A stretch of DNA of 64,000 nt from Octopus vulgaris (GCA_951406725.2 OX597831.1:8122001-8186000); one strand, 5' to 3'; counted from the stretch's first letter, positions 13,644 to 27,884 are shown. Made by a program: numbers and translations. The notes: generated by a model not told the origin, from the sequence alone.

Positions 13644-16600
13644 GGTGAAAATGGCACTTGTAATATTCGTGCCCCTTTCTTAAACAGTGTGTGAAGTGAA
13701 AAATCTAATGGCCTTCTATTAGGAATTATAATGAAGTGTATAAGTGAGGTCTCAGAAATGTTTGGTAAGTTCCGTTGTCAGAAGGTGGAAAGAATCAGCT
13801 GCTGGATCTTTGACTTTATCCGAGAGTGAAGAAGAAAAGAAAAAATGGTGTTGTCACTGTGGTTGGAAGCAAAAACTTCTACGCAGCTGCAGAGGATTTC
13901 AGCAAGCAATCTCCAGATGTTAGTCATTCTACTCATTGTCTGTTGGTATCAGGTGGGAAGCATCTGTGGTGGAATCTTGGCAACTGGAACCAACATACAT
14001 TACTACTGCATGGTTCATAGTTGAAGATGACAGTCGTCATCATTGTGTATACAACAGAGATGATGATGATGGTGGTGATGAGGATGCATGAGAAGCAGCC
14101 CTGTTATCAACTGTGAACTCTCTCCTACGAAAGTTTGGTAGTTCCATTTGTCAATATTCCAACACCACTAAAGAGAAAATGCCACTCCCTGGTTGCCCAG
14201 ACGGAACGAGAAAACTGCTTGGTGCTCTAAGAAAAGAAATTCCAGCTTGCAGTTGGAATTGGTTGAAAGAGAGTTTCTAACGGCAACAGCAGCTGCTGCT
14301 GCTGGTGCTGCTGTTGGTGCTCTTGTGGTTGTTCTTGTTGTTATTGTTCTATTTGATGGATGTTATTTTTCATAATGTATCTAGGTCAGGTCAACTTGAT
14401 GGCTCCAGTTCTTTTTTTAAATCGCATTCTTAGGAAAGTCTTAAATTCTCACAAAGCACTCAGCAAATACAGTACTCCTGCTGTTTACTGAGATGAATTG
14501 ACCAACTCACAGGGCCATTTGAAGTATCTTGGCTTGTTGTATGAAAAAAAACCAAGACTTAAAACCTTTTGTTACCATATTTCTGTTGAAACACATTTCC
14601 TTAGTTTCAAATAATTTTGAAAATAATGAATTTAGAAATTTTATCATGATTTTAATTTATATTACTATTGTACAAGAAGCTTGTATCGTAGAACCAAGAG
14701 TGGTTTTGGCCAGCTGGTATTAAAAGGGTTAATCATGGCTGCTTTGGTTTGGTGTTGGATTATCCAATGACTTGACTAATCTGTTGTTCTCAAGGAGAAA
14801 ATACAGACATAAACTTTTAAGAACTTTAGTGCCCACTATAATTTTTATGGTTGGATGCCCTTCCTGTCACCAACCCTCAACTGTTTCCAAGCAGGATAAA
14901 CATTTCCCCATGACCAGATAGGATTTTTTTATTGGAAATAAAGCACATTGCTTGCAGGACAGCAACACGTACTCACGACTATTGACTGATAAGAAACAAT
15001 AGCACACACAGACATGCATGTGCACGTTCGCATACACACACACACACACAAACAAACAAAAAAAAACATTTTTCAATTTCTATCTATCAAATCCTCTCAC
15101 AAAGCTTTGGTCAGCCTGAGGCTTTAGTAGAAGACACTTGCCCATGGTGCTACGTAGTGGGACTGAACCTAAAACCATGAGGTTTGAAAGCAAATATATA
15201 TATAAGGCCGTGCCCTGCACCTTATATACAAAAAGACAGAATGTTCACTCATGCCTGGAATGCCATTCTTCATACATCTATTTGATCACAGCCATCATAA
15301 GACCAAGCAAACAACATAGGTAAGCAGCAGGAGTGTTATATAATTGATGGATGCTTCCTTGATTTCATAGTGCTGAGCTAAAAACAAAAACAGCCAAAAA
15401 AAAAAAATAGAAAAAACAAAAAAAAAATCCTACTCTGAATGTACACATCCTAAAGAGAGCTGGGACTCCTTCAGGCTGGAAACATTACATGACAAAAACT
15501 TCAGGTGATGACATTGATAATAAACCATCGGTTTATGAGGCCTACTTCTTATCCGATTCAAAGTTGTGCAATTTGTCATTGGCAATTTGTTTACAATGTT
15601 GAAGTATTGTAACTCAATCTACCCATAAAATACCAAGAAGTCTACATCGTATCTGTCTGGTGCAGTCATATAGGATTATGCTCTATCACTGGTCATTTTG
15701 TTTTCCTCATTCATTCATTTTTTTCTCTCTGTTTGTCTTGTTTTGCTCATGACAAACATTGCAGTAAAATTCGGGGTCAAGTTACATTGAAAGTCGGTGC
15801 AATTTGACCTCTGCTTCTTCTCTTCCTTGCTTAATACAGCAATGCCATTCAGTGAGCATGAAAGATTTCTTCAATCTGCAAAGACTAGACAGTCCATATG
15901 AGGGAGATGGCATCTATTAATATTGTTTATAAGGAGACGAACAAACGAATAAATCCTCTGTAATATTCTATCTATAGTGGTGTTTAATGTGATTTCTCTA
16001 TAATTTGGTTATAATATTTATATTATACATCGGTTGATATATGAATGTATTTGTTTAACTTCTCCTCAACTTAGCTGATAGTGGCTGTCATAGTTTATTT
16101 TTAGCAGCTTATTATTGTATTTATTGGAGCAATCTATTTATAAGACATCGCTGCAGCTACACACACAGCATAAATACTTGTATACAAGCATATAAGAGTG
16201 TGGGGATCTGTGGAGGGTTTATGTGAGCTCACACACACACACGTGTGTGTGAGTGTGTATGTGCACTAACACACTAACATACATATATATATATTTATGT
16301 ATATATGTTTATATGTAAATATTTATGTATACACACACATGTATGTATAATATATATGAATTATATATATATATATATATACACACATACATACATACAT
16401 ATGTACATACATGTGTGGATATTTATATATGTGTGTGTGTGTGTGTGTGTGTATGTACATACTTAGGTATATCTAGATGCACACACACATATAAATATAT
16501 GTTGATGTACATGTTGTGATCTGTCATAATTTGATGTATTTATTACCGTCTGTAATATCAGGTTGGAGAGAAGGAATGCAGGTTAGGCAAATAAAGAGAA

Positions 16601-19600
16601 TACTTAGTAACAACACCCCATGGTAGAACCATGGGGTGTTACTTTCATTGGAATTCCATGGTGGATGGTTAAATACACTGGAAACATTTTTAATATGTTT
16701 TGTATATTAAACATGATTCCACATAGAGAAACAAGAAGATAATATGCTTAAATCACAATCTAAATAAACAAACAAGGGGTGGATGATTAAATGATGAAAT
16801 CTTTATACTTACAGGTTATTTTATGATGTAGCTTTTCATCTGTTTACCCCCCTCCCCCCCAAAAAAAAGGAAATAGTGCATAGCAGGAAATATTTCTTTT
16901 TTTTTTTTTCTAATTATATGTCACAAGAAAATCCCCATGATTGTGAATTTGTTGTATTATCTTGAAAATTCCCAGGTTCCCTGCTCAACTGCTAAGAGAC
17001 AGAATAAGCAGAACTCATTGACCAAAGTTCAAATCCACCATTGTCTTTGCATTGAGTGACATCTAACAGTTGGAAACTGTTCAGATGCTTATTGTGTGCT
17101 ATACATACATGATAGATGTGAGCATGTAGATGAATATGACCATCACCGATAAATGATTTTATCCTGGATGATAAAGGCAATGGCTGACTACAGTGTCTGT
17201 GCTAAAATTTGAAGCCAATAACAGCTTGCTCAACACTGCTAGGGCTCTCACCTACAAAGCCAGATAATCCAGAATCAAGTCAGAGCAAGGTTTCCGGTTT
17301 TGCAATGAGACAGGTTTTATTTTGGAATTTCCCTCTCTTAGGGATATTATCTAAACAAAGACTGGGGGTCTTTCAATCCCTGCTGTTTGATGGCTGTTGA
17401 ACTCATCCATCTTTTGACAGGTTTTGTTTTCTGTCTAGGGAAGACCATCCACTTTACCAAACAGGTTTGGCAGGGTTTGCCAGTTTAGTCACTGGTGGTG
17501 GCCTGACCATGTGACAGGTTAACAGTCATTCTTCCTTCTCTCATACGTAATACACACATACATTGCATACATACATTTGCACATATGATATGATGGCTGT
17601 CTACTCATTAGACACACATGACCATCACTGACTGGAGTGTCAGTAATACCTGTGCAAGGGTTTTAAGTGTGGCTTAACACAATGCCATGACTCATTAGCA
17701 ATGCCAAGTAGCTTAGAGATAAGCAAAGTGCAAGGTATCTGGCTCAGTAGAGCAGCGGGTTTTATATACAAGTTAGGTCTTTTTCTTAGAGGGATGCCAT
17801 GACAAAGACCAGGGGTCTCTTAAATCCCAGTGGGTTTACTATGTCCTCAGACACCAACCTGAGTATTTCTATGTCCTGACACATGTCCACAAGCATGCAC
17901 ACCACACATTTCCCTAATGTTCTTCTTTGATATTCAGGTACCATCGTTTTGTTACTAAAGATCTTTTCTTCTTCAAATGCTTATCATGTTATGATTTTTG
18001 TAGTTGTAAGCATTTAGTGATACTTCTAAATACTGGCCTAATAACTCCAACTTAATTGTAGCTTCTCCATTAGACTCTGCCAATAATATTTAATCTGAGT
18101 GGATTTAGTTTTTAGGTTTGTATCTTCCCACTTTAAGACTTTCATTTCTTGCAAGGGATATTTTCCCCCCTCTCTCTCAGTATTGCATTTTTAAGTGGTA
18201 TATTTCTTGTTTGCAAGTCTGAGAGTTCACTTGATGATTACATCATTATCATCATCATCATCATCATTATATATGCTTTTTCCATGCTGGTCTGTTTTGG
18301 GCAGGACTTTTTGAGACAATGTTTTTACACCCAGATACCATTCCAGAGACAAACTATTTTCTCTAGCCGTCTCTAATAACTTGCAAGGGTACAGTGTACC
18401 CTGTTCTGAAAATTGGATACTCATCATATACACCTCAAGTGATAAAGAACAACAGAGATAAACTTTGCATCAATGAAAACGTTAACAGTTTGGTAAACAC
18501 ACAAGAAGTTAACATGAAGTTAACATTTTGGTAAATTCCAACTAGACAGCTGAGAAGCTGAAAGCATTGAGCTACATTGATACTATTCTTAGACAATTAG
18601 ATGGTGGGGGTCATGGTGGCAGCAATGGTGGTTTTAGTGACTGCTGCGATTGCTGCTGTTGTTTAGTTCCAAGTTGGCTGAGCATCCATATGGCCTAAAG
18701 CAATCCAACTGTGACCATATCATCCTTTTAGGGGTATTTTGTATCTACATTGTCTGATTTGTCCATCCCCAATGGATTCTGTCTGACCCATAAAAACATG
18801 GAAAAGTGGATGTTAAAACAATGATGAGGAATGGGGAGGAAGAGGAAAAGAGGAGGGTGTCCTTGAGAACTTTTACATGCTGAAGACATGGTTCAAAAGT
18901 TGCCAAAAAAGTCCCGTTCTTGGAAAAGTAGTTTTGAAGAGAAAGACCTAAAGGTCAAAGGTTATACTTCCAGACCAAAGTAGTTCTAAAGAAGGAATAT
19001 TGGTTTCAAATTCTGGCACAAGTCCCATAATTTGTGGGGAGGGAGTAAGTTGATTACATCAACACCAGTGTTCAACTGGTACTTATTTTATCAACCCTGA
19101 GAGAATGAAAGGCAAAGTTGACCTCGGTGGAAGTATTAACTCAGAACGTAACGATCGACAAATTGTCACCAAGCATTTTACCTGGCCTGCTAACAAATCT
19201 GCCAACTCAAAGTCAGACCTGAGGGGAGGGGTGGGGGAACAGTCTAAAACCCTAAAGACAATCAATTAAAGTAGTAGTTAGTAAGAGAGAGAACAAACTC
19301 TGAGTAGCATGTTCTATATCGAACAGGTGGCCATGGTGGATATAAGATGGATATAAAAGAAGGAAGCTTATAGCATCATAACATTCTTCACTGTGGTACA
19401 ATATCTGCTAGATATTATCTTGTGGAATATCTGGCAGGGAACCAAGTATAAGATGCGATTGATAGATATACAGGGACAGGTAGCAGAAATGACAGCTGTG
19501 AAATGGAAGTCCATGATATAAAAGATGGTTTCCACTACATAAATGGTGTAATTAGTGTGAGAGGTGATTATCTATGAAAGGAGCCTGCAACCTCATCTCG

Positions 19601-21939
19601 CTAGCTTTTGGATCAGTTTGGAATTATCAATGTTAAATCCGTGGTGAGTGTGATTATGAGAACGACTGTTGTAATGGATTATGGAGACATATTTTTATGC
19701 AACTCTTGTGAATAGCTTTACTAAATGAAACCATTTATTGACTATCAGTTCCTGTATGTGGTGGGTGGGTGAACGTCATCTTTATTATGCCATCACAATA
19801 AATCTGTCCATTCTCTCACCATGTATTTATTGCAATACCAGCAGTGTACTTAACTCCATTGAAACAAATGGTATAATTAAGGTAGTTTTTAAAAATTTTT
19901 ATTGATTTTTTTTTATATATATATATTTTTATATTTTTATTTGAACATTTATATATTTATAATTGGATCTGAAAGATTGTAAAGTGAACAATTGCCAGTC
20001 TTTCCTTTCTTTCTCTCTTTCTTTTTTTTCGTTTTGTTTTGGTTAGTTGGGTGGTGGTGGTGGTGGTGATGGGTGCAGTGGCGGTGGCAGTTGTTGTTGT
20101 TGTTGTTTTAACAATAGGAACTGCAGAGGGACATATGTTTCTTCTCTTCTTAATTGCTCAGGTAGAGTATTTGGGGGTTAGAGTGGCAGAGTGTGGGTCT
20201 TCTATGTTTGTAAAGGTTAGAAAAGGATTAACTGTTGCGAGAAGTCAATTTATTTTTATCTTTTCACTTGCATCGGTCATTAGACTGCAACCATGAAGGA
20301 TTTTTGAAGTCTAGTAATTAGTCTATTGGTCTCTTTGCTGAGCTGTTAAATTATGGGGGATGTAAGCAACAACCCCCTCCACACACACATACAACAGGCT
20401 TCCACACAGTTTCCGTCTACCAAATTCACTCATGAGTCATTGGTTGGCCAGGGGTTGCCATGCAGTGGGACTGAGCTCTGAGCCATGTAATTGCAAAGTG
20501 AGTGTCCCTAACTGCACAGCCACACCTGCACCTGTACCCTATCACTAAATATCTCTTCTTTTCTCCTCACTTCTCTCATTTATTCTTTATTTTTCTAATT
20601 TTGGTGGTGATTACTTTTGTAGTTTCAGAAGTTTTTGGAGGTGGATAGACTTGCATAATTCTCTCTGTCTGTCTGTCACACATGTATGTGTGTGTGTATC
20701 ATCATCATCATCATCGTTTAATGTCCGTTTTCCATGCTAGCATAGGTTGGACGGTTCGACCGGGGTCTAGGAAGCCAGGAGGCTGCACCAGGCCCAGTCA
20801 GATCTGGCAGTGTTTCTACAGTTGGATGCCCTTCCTAATGCCAACCACTCCGTGAGTGTAGTGGGTGCTTTTTACATACCACCGGCACAGGTGCCAGGCG
20901 AGGCTGTCAACGGCCACGATCGGTTGGTGTTTTTTACGTGCCACCGGCATGGAGGCCAGTTGAGGCGGCGCTGGCAACGGCCATATATATATATGAAAAA
21001 TAGAGATTAGATTGAGCATCACACTACAATATAACACTACAATTGAATTTATGTGTGTGTGTGCATAGATACATAAGGATGACATACAAATTCGCGATGT
21101 GTTCCATGTTTTTTTGTCTCGCTCATGCAAGCATGGAAAAGGGAACATTAAAATAATGATGGTCATTGTCATCAGCATACTCACACACACACAACACACA
21201 CAGGCTGGACATGTTTCAAAACTTGGGCTTTTGTTTAGGTTATATATATGTTGACCTCTTATAACGGCTTCTCAAAGACTTGCTGACCTTTCAGCTGCTT
21301 GTCTGTTACCCTCTTGACTCAGCCATGCATGTTTGCCTCTTGTCAGAATAATCAACTATACTTAAGTGGACTCCACACCGTGTGACGGAGACAGAGTAAA
21401 CAGTTAAATTGAAATTGAAGAACTGTTGAAATTCTAACAAGATGTTATAGACTCATAGATATTCTCTCACCTCCATAGGAAAAAAAAACTGCATATTAAG
21501 GTTTTGAAAGTGTTCCAAGAAAGAGAGAGAGGAAAACAAGTCAGTTAAGATGGAGATATTGATTGAAATCTTCCTTTATTTCTATGGTTTCAAGTTCTGA
21601 AATTAATTTGATTCAGAGGTTTTCATAAGACAAAACAAACTGGGCTCAGTCATGGCTTTGCTGGTCAAGAATTCTTTTTTTTTTTTACAATCAGTCACTT
21701 TCAAGTTTGACCCCACTGTATGCTACCTTCTTTTTTCGTAAGACCTTCACTCCCTGTGGAGCATAAAGCCATCAATAGCTTTTCTCCACTGTTCTTGACT
21801 TTGGGCTGTCCTCACGCAGATTTTGTTGGTTTTGAATTGTCGTTGATGCTTTTGTCACTTTGCTTAGATAAGGGTGTTGGCCCTGTACAAACCCATTGTG
21901 AAAGTCAAAAAAAGGAATGGGTCAAAGGTCCTTCTCAAG

Positions 21940-22160
21940 CCAAAGGCTCATACAGCCACTTTCCCAGATTCTGTGGCATATATATCCCTCACTAGATGGA
22001 ACACCCATCCATCACAGGATTACTCATTTTTCCTAGCTGAATGGTCTGAGTGGACAACATAAAATGAAGTGTCTTGTTCAAGAGCACAGCACATCAGCCG
22101 GTCCAGGAATCAAAACCACAATCTTATGGTTTTGAGTGCAACATCCTAACCACTAAGCTG
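21940..22160 (-). mobile_element. Older tRNA-like SINE
   Basis: Minus strand starts GCTTAGTGGTTAGGATGTTGCACTCA...GGTTTTGATTCCTGGACC..CTTGAACAAGACACTT. Related copies at ~40120-40257 and ~8565-8660. Confidence 0.55.
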
Positions 22161-23541
22161 CAGACCTCCACACCTCTGGGAAGAGATGGTCCATATTAGT
22201 CTGGCCTCCAGTATGGAAGGCCATATGAGGACCATGTGCGCCAATGGTATAGCTCCCAGGTTCATAAGCCATCACACTGCACCAAGGACTGGGCCTTGTG
22301 GTGGGCATAATGTCTTGGGCAGTGTATTCTGCCATAGTTTTGGGTCGAGCATAGTTTCTTGTGCATAAAATTTAGAAGATAGAAATTAAGTGGAACTCTA
22401 CTAAAGGGATTGCAGACATTAAAATGTTGCTTGGTTTAGCACAATCACCTGTGTCTTGAGGGCCTTTACCTGAATTCACTCTGTTACAAACTTATGGTTC
22501 TCCAGACGGAGACAACTTCTCCCAGGCATTTTTAAAATGACTGGGGACTATATTGGAGATACTGAAAAGAGTTATGAGTGGTACCTTTACTCCTCTGACT
22601 CAACCTATAATAATAATAATAATAATAATAATAATCTGTAGACCTAATACACTGATTGGTCTAAAAAAACCCCACCAGGTTTTTAGGTTGCTTTTAGTTG
22701 AGTACACCCTGTTGTGAGTGTACCTAGCAGATCATGGGTTCCTTCTCCACCCATGTTTTTTCCTTCAGACATTGCCCTATAAATATTGTAACTGGGCATT
22801 AACTGCATCGATCTCACCAGACTGGGTGCACCTGCTGAAGACCTGAGCCCCACCCCTCCCTGTCCAATTGACTATGTTATTAACAATTAATTCTTGCTTT
22901 ATTTACCATCTATTTAATGATGAACTTTGCAGTTAATTTTATTAGTTTGTGTTGCAGACTCTCCTCCATAGCAATAGCAATATGTAGGACTTCAGTTTCT
23001 CACCTACCAAATTCTGAAATCAATACATAATTGCTTCTGTAAAAAATTATAGATTTTCATTGTTGTTGTGTGCGTTTCTTTACTTAGTTCTGTTTGAGTA
23101 AATCTCTAGCTCGGAGCCAGTCAAAGAAACAAAAGAGAAAATTTGATTGGTTCATCCAATGGTGTACATCCTGTTTCTTTTACATCATTTGTTGATCGAG
23201 TGGTTTAGGACCTAAAATATATGACCCCCACCCCATTTAAAAATAGGTAGGGTGTTTGTTGAAGCCAATTTTGGTTATGACATTGAGCAAGTCTGCAGAA
23301 GAGCTTATATTAATTTTTACCTTGCTTGGGTGTTCTCACTTCCTTACCTCACTGTTTCTTCCATTTCTTCTCACATAAGGTGCAGGCATGGCTGTGTGGT
23401 TAAGGAGCTTGCCCCACCCCCAATCATGTGGTCTTGAGTTCAATCCCACTGTGCTGCACCATGGACAAGTGACATCTACTATCTACTATAGCCCTGATTT
23501 AACCAAAGCCTTGTATTTGGCAGGTGTAAAAAAAAGCCTGT

Positions 23542-23574
<33 letters not shown>

Positions 23575-25651
23575 CCTTGTTTTGACATCACCTGTTGGCT
23601 GTAAACGAGCATCCCCGTCATACTAGCAAGTTTGTTCTTCATTTCAAGTCTTCCATGAGAACATGTCTGGCCATGAGAAAATATTATCTTGCTTGGAAAC
23701 AGGTGAGGGTTAGCGACAGGAAGGGCATCGAGCCACAGAAACCCTGCCTCTACTAATTCTGTCTGACTCGTGCAACTGCGTTGAAAAGGTGACATTAAAA
23801 CGGATGATGATGTTCCTTGATCTGCCTTCCTCACAATTATCTTCTACTATTCATATTATACTTAGTCATGTTGTTGTTGTTGTTGTTTAACTCTGACCAA
23901 ACCAGCCTATGATAAAAGACATTCTGTTTGTGATTTGGGCCAAAGTGTCTGGGCAGGGAATACTGTTCTTGCATCTGTCACCGATTTCCTTTAAAGAATC
24001 ATTGGTGCTGCTCTTCCCTTTTTAACTAATTCATAAAATTATGAATTTCAATAATTACCATTCTGGTTTTTTTCTTTCCTTTTTTTTTTCCAGTAAGATG
24101 TTATGGTGTATTGTGATGGTGTATGGCCTTGTGGTTAGGTCGTTTGATTATAAGATCATGTACTCAATTCCTTGAGCAAGTTACTCTGTTTCATGTTGTG
24201 CCATTCTAGTCAGCTATGATGAGTTGGTGAAGCCTCCCCTCTCTCTCTCTCTCTCCCCTTGATCCTCCTTCCCCTTTCTCCCTATCGCACCTGCCTCTCC
24301 CCACACTCTCTTCCCTCCACTTTCCCCTCTTCTCTCTCTCCACTTGTCACTTCCTGGCTGTTCTGCTGAGCCAAAAAGGAGTTTATGTCTGCTCAACACT
24401 ACGCAGCCATTTAAAACAATTAGCAAAAGGATGGTATTTGGTTATGTCCCTTCATGTTCTGAGCTCCAATCCCACTGAAGTTATATCTTTGCCTTATGTC
24501 TTTTGGGGATCAATGAAGTAGGTACCAGTTATATAATGTGGAAGATATAATTGATTACGATTCTAAAGGGAATACCTCAACAGATCCACATTGCAGTTTG
24601 TGTCACCGGTTGAAAAAGAATAAAAAAAACTTTAAGAAGACTTCCTGCCTGAAGAACATCTGCTCCAAGATCCTGGACCAATGTTCACATTTGCTCAGCC
24701 TTTGATTCTCTCCATGATGATGATGATGATCATCATCATCGTTTAGCGTCCGCTTTCCATGCTAGCATGGGTTGGACGGTTCTACTGGGGTCTGTGAAGC
24801 CAGAAGGCTTCATCACGATGACAAAAAGAATGGTGAGAAGATATTATTTGTGAAGTTGTTGAGTTGTTTATAGTTTTGAAGTTAACTTCCTCATCTCAGA
24901 TGACAGGAATAAAATCTAGAATGTGTAAACTAATTACGAGGAAACGGTAAACATCTTGAGCGACGGTCGGCTTCAAACGGTTCAAATATCACCTTACACA
25001 TCCACACACGCACACACAAAGTAGAGAAGCATTTGAATTTACCAAAAGAAAAAAAAAGAAAAAAGTAAAGAACTTGATATGTTAAGTAGAGTGTCGAGAA
25101 TGTTTATTTTTGAAGTTGAGAAACTTCAACGGAGTCAAGTTTCTGAAGGAATTGAGCTTTGCATTTCTTCTTCTCAAAACAAAGTCTGTATATTTTAGGG
25201 GTTTTATTTATGCAATCAGAACATTCTAAAGAATTTACCTAAGGTCATCATCATATCATCATTTTTTTTTTTTTACTTTGTTTTAATCATTGGACTGAGC
25301 CCATGCTGGGGCACCACATTGAAGGGTTTTAGTTGAACATATCAACCCCAGAATAAATTTATTTTTCAAGTCTGGTATTTATTCTGTTGATCTCTTTTAT
25401 CCAATCCACCAAATTAGCGGGTGGGGGAATAAACCAACACAGGTTATCAAGTTGTTATGGCAATGGTCAGCCCAGAGTTTATGGTAAAAGACACTTGCCC
25501 ATGAGTGGAGACTGAACCTACAACCACATGGTTGCAAAACAAGCTTCTTAACCACTGTCTGTGTGCACATAGGTATGCATATATAGTTGTGTTCCTCAGT
25601 GGGTGTGTGTCTCTGTCTGTCTCTCTCTCTATACACACACACACACACATG

Positions 25652-25686
<35 letters not shown>

Positions 25687-26677
25687 GTGTATATACATGT
25701 GTATGTGTGTGTGTGTATGTAGACAGATAGACAAACTGCCAGACAGAATGTAAGTCAATATGTTTTTGCAAAATCCATTCTCCTGACAAAGTATGGATGG
25801 CCTGTTTAATCCAGAATGGTGTCATATTAAAGACTAATTAAGAATGCCGAATAGAAATGTGAAATAAGTTTCCTTGTCAGTTCTGTGTTCAATAAAATGG
25901 GACAGTGTATTTATTTGATGACAAATAATATGGCGCCAATAAATGGTTTTTACTTTGTTGAAATACTTCATACGTCACATCTGCAATATTTTCATAAGAT
26001 TCCAGAGAAGAAAGAAATAAAGAATTCGTACTTAGTCTTCTGAGTTGAGTTAAAGGAAGTCCTGGAGGAAATTAGCAGACATTATTACTAGCTGTATGAC
26101 AAAAGCGAATCAAAAGAATTAGTCTTTAACAGCATGAAAGCCTCAACAACAACAACAATAATAATTAGATATATTAAACATGCCCCAGTGTGGTCACAGC
26201 CTGCAGGCTGAAACTAGTAAAAGAATAAAAGAAGAATACTGTGATAAGATAGAAAACAACCATTCATTTACAGAATAAATAAATAGATAAAACGATTGCA
26301 AAAACTGGAAATATTGTGAATAAGAGAGGAATGTTTTAAAGAGTCTTCCTCTCACTGTTGCTGGTAATAATATCTTAACACTTACTATTTCTCACCTGTT
26401 GTGGGAGATGAAGTTTACCAGTGTTTCAACAAAACTATTGTTTACAATTTCTGAAAAGAACCAGAGTGTTATTAAGAATGACAATTCCGGGAGATTGTGG
26501 AGTCTATGAACTTTATCTTTAGAGATGGTGATATAATTTTGCGTGGTGGTACCTTGTACAGTTGTCTTCTGTTATAGCCCTGGGATGACCAAAGCCTTAT
26601 GTGTGAAGTTTTTGTTGATGGAAAGTGAAAGAAGACTGTTTTGCATATATATATATACAAAAATATTATTGTATACA

Positions 26678-26786
26678 AGAAAATTATTGTCAGTAACTTT
26701 GAAGCTTCAACTAGTTAAGCCATCATTAGGCTACTGATGATGGCCTAAACTGGCTGAGGCTTCAAAGTTACTGTCATTAATATTCT
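26678..26786. repeat. Imperfect fold-back palindrome with a degenerate hammerhead starting at the apex (Penelope pLTR-like relic)
   Basis: Arms ~26678-26729 and 26734-26786, loop GCTA. Right arm begins CTGATGA-T-GGCC(taaact)GGCT-GAGG-CTTCAAAGTT. Lies between (TA)n tracts. Confidence 0.6.
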
Positions 26787-26888
26787 CATTTTAGAATGGG
26801 GAATTTGTGCTCTACAGAGGTTTGGAGTATACCTATCAGATTAATGTAAGATTGTTTTTATCATAACTGAACATAAAAACAGACATTA

Positions 26889-26920
<32 letters not shown>

Positions 26921-26923
<3 letters not shown>

Positions 26924-27330
26924 AAAACTCTGCTTGTGAAGACCCGTTGAGGCAAGTGACGATCAGAATCGAAATCGATCAATGGAAATCGATCAATGGA
27001 AATTGCAGATGTGTTACCAGTGCCGGTGGCATGTAAGAGAACTTTCCGTTTCGCGACCGTTGCCAGCCTCGCTGGCCCTCGTGCCGGTGGCACATAAAAA
27101 GCACCATCCATTCGTGGCCGTTTGCCAGCTCTGTCTGGCACCAGTGCGGTGGCACGTAAAAGCACCCACTACACTCACGGAGTGGTTGGCGTTAGGAAGG
27201 GCATCCAGCCGTAGAAACACTGCCAGATTTGACTGGGTCTGATGAAGCCGGCTGGCTTCACAGAAGTAGAACCGTCCAACCCATGCTAGCATGGAAAACG
27301 GACGCTAAACGATGATGATGATGATGATGA
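26921..27330 (+). mobile_element. SINE-like family B with internal GTGCCGGTGGCACGTAAAAAGCACC repeats and a (GAT)n tail
   Basis: Contains GGTTGGCGTTAGGAAGGGCATCCAGC and ends CATGGAAAACGGACGCTAAAC(GAT)n. Reverse copies at ~6797-7104, 10115-10392, 12595-12875, 20698-20985, 49438-49720, 50660-50882 and 52580-52782. Confidence 0.8.
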
Positions 27331-27349
27331 TATATATATATATATACAC

Positions 27350-27884
27350 ATTCATAAATGAGGGTGAAAAATTAGATATTAATTTAATAATACCGTCAGT
27401 TTAACACCAAGTGGCCTAGCACATAGAAACCAGGGAGACAGTACAAATTTATACATAAATATAAGAGAGTTAACGTTAAGTGGCTAACTCTAGTGCTAGA
27501 AATAGCTCCTTATTCTGGTATAGCCACCGAAGTTGTTTCCACAGAAGAAATAACATTACCTTCAACGTAAGGGAAGCGAAATACAACGAAAAGATAGATT
27601 AATACTGAACAATTGTTTCTTTATCAACATAATATGCAATTATACTCACATATTTGTCTATAATTCATCAGCAGTATTTGTCCTCGATACAATTTATCAG
27701 ACCCACACGGGCGATAAAGTACTCATGCGGTCTGATCGATTGCATACATAGTTGTGGTTTAGCTTCCCGCCAAAAGCATGCTAAGACTCCGTGGAAACCA
27801 ATACCGCATACAAAATTTGCTGCAGCATACTTATTTTATAAATTCATAAATGAGGGTGAAAAATTAGATATTAATTTAATAATA
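27350..27884 (-). mobile_element. Hammerhead-containing unit with terminal direct repeats (retrozyme-like or Penelope pseudo-LTR-like), 492-bp period
   Basis: Identical 43-bp direct repeats at 27350-27392 and 27842-27884, an internal hammerhead motif on the minus strand, and a (TA)n tract at the left edge. Confidence 0.7.
27601..27678 (-). ncRNA. Type I hammerhead ribozyme motif
   Basis: Minus strand: AAUACUG-CUGAUGA-[long imperfect stem II]-GAA-ACAAUUGU-U-CAGUAUU. 7-bp stem I, intact core, palindromic helix III, GUU triplet. The closing pair of stem II is an A.A mismatch. Confidence 0.75.

Noticed and set aside
13782-13920. Plus-strand exon-like open frame
   Set aside because: Weak splice signals and no recognisable homology.
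19330-19600. Possible ancient RTE-like RT remnant (IKDGFHYINGVISVRGD)
   Set aside because: Too decayed to support without a search.
27238-27270. CTGATGAAGCC..GGCT in SINE B
   Set aside because: No GAAA at the required position; ordinary SINE sequence.
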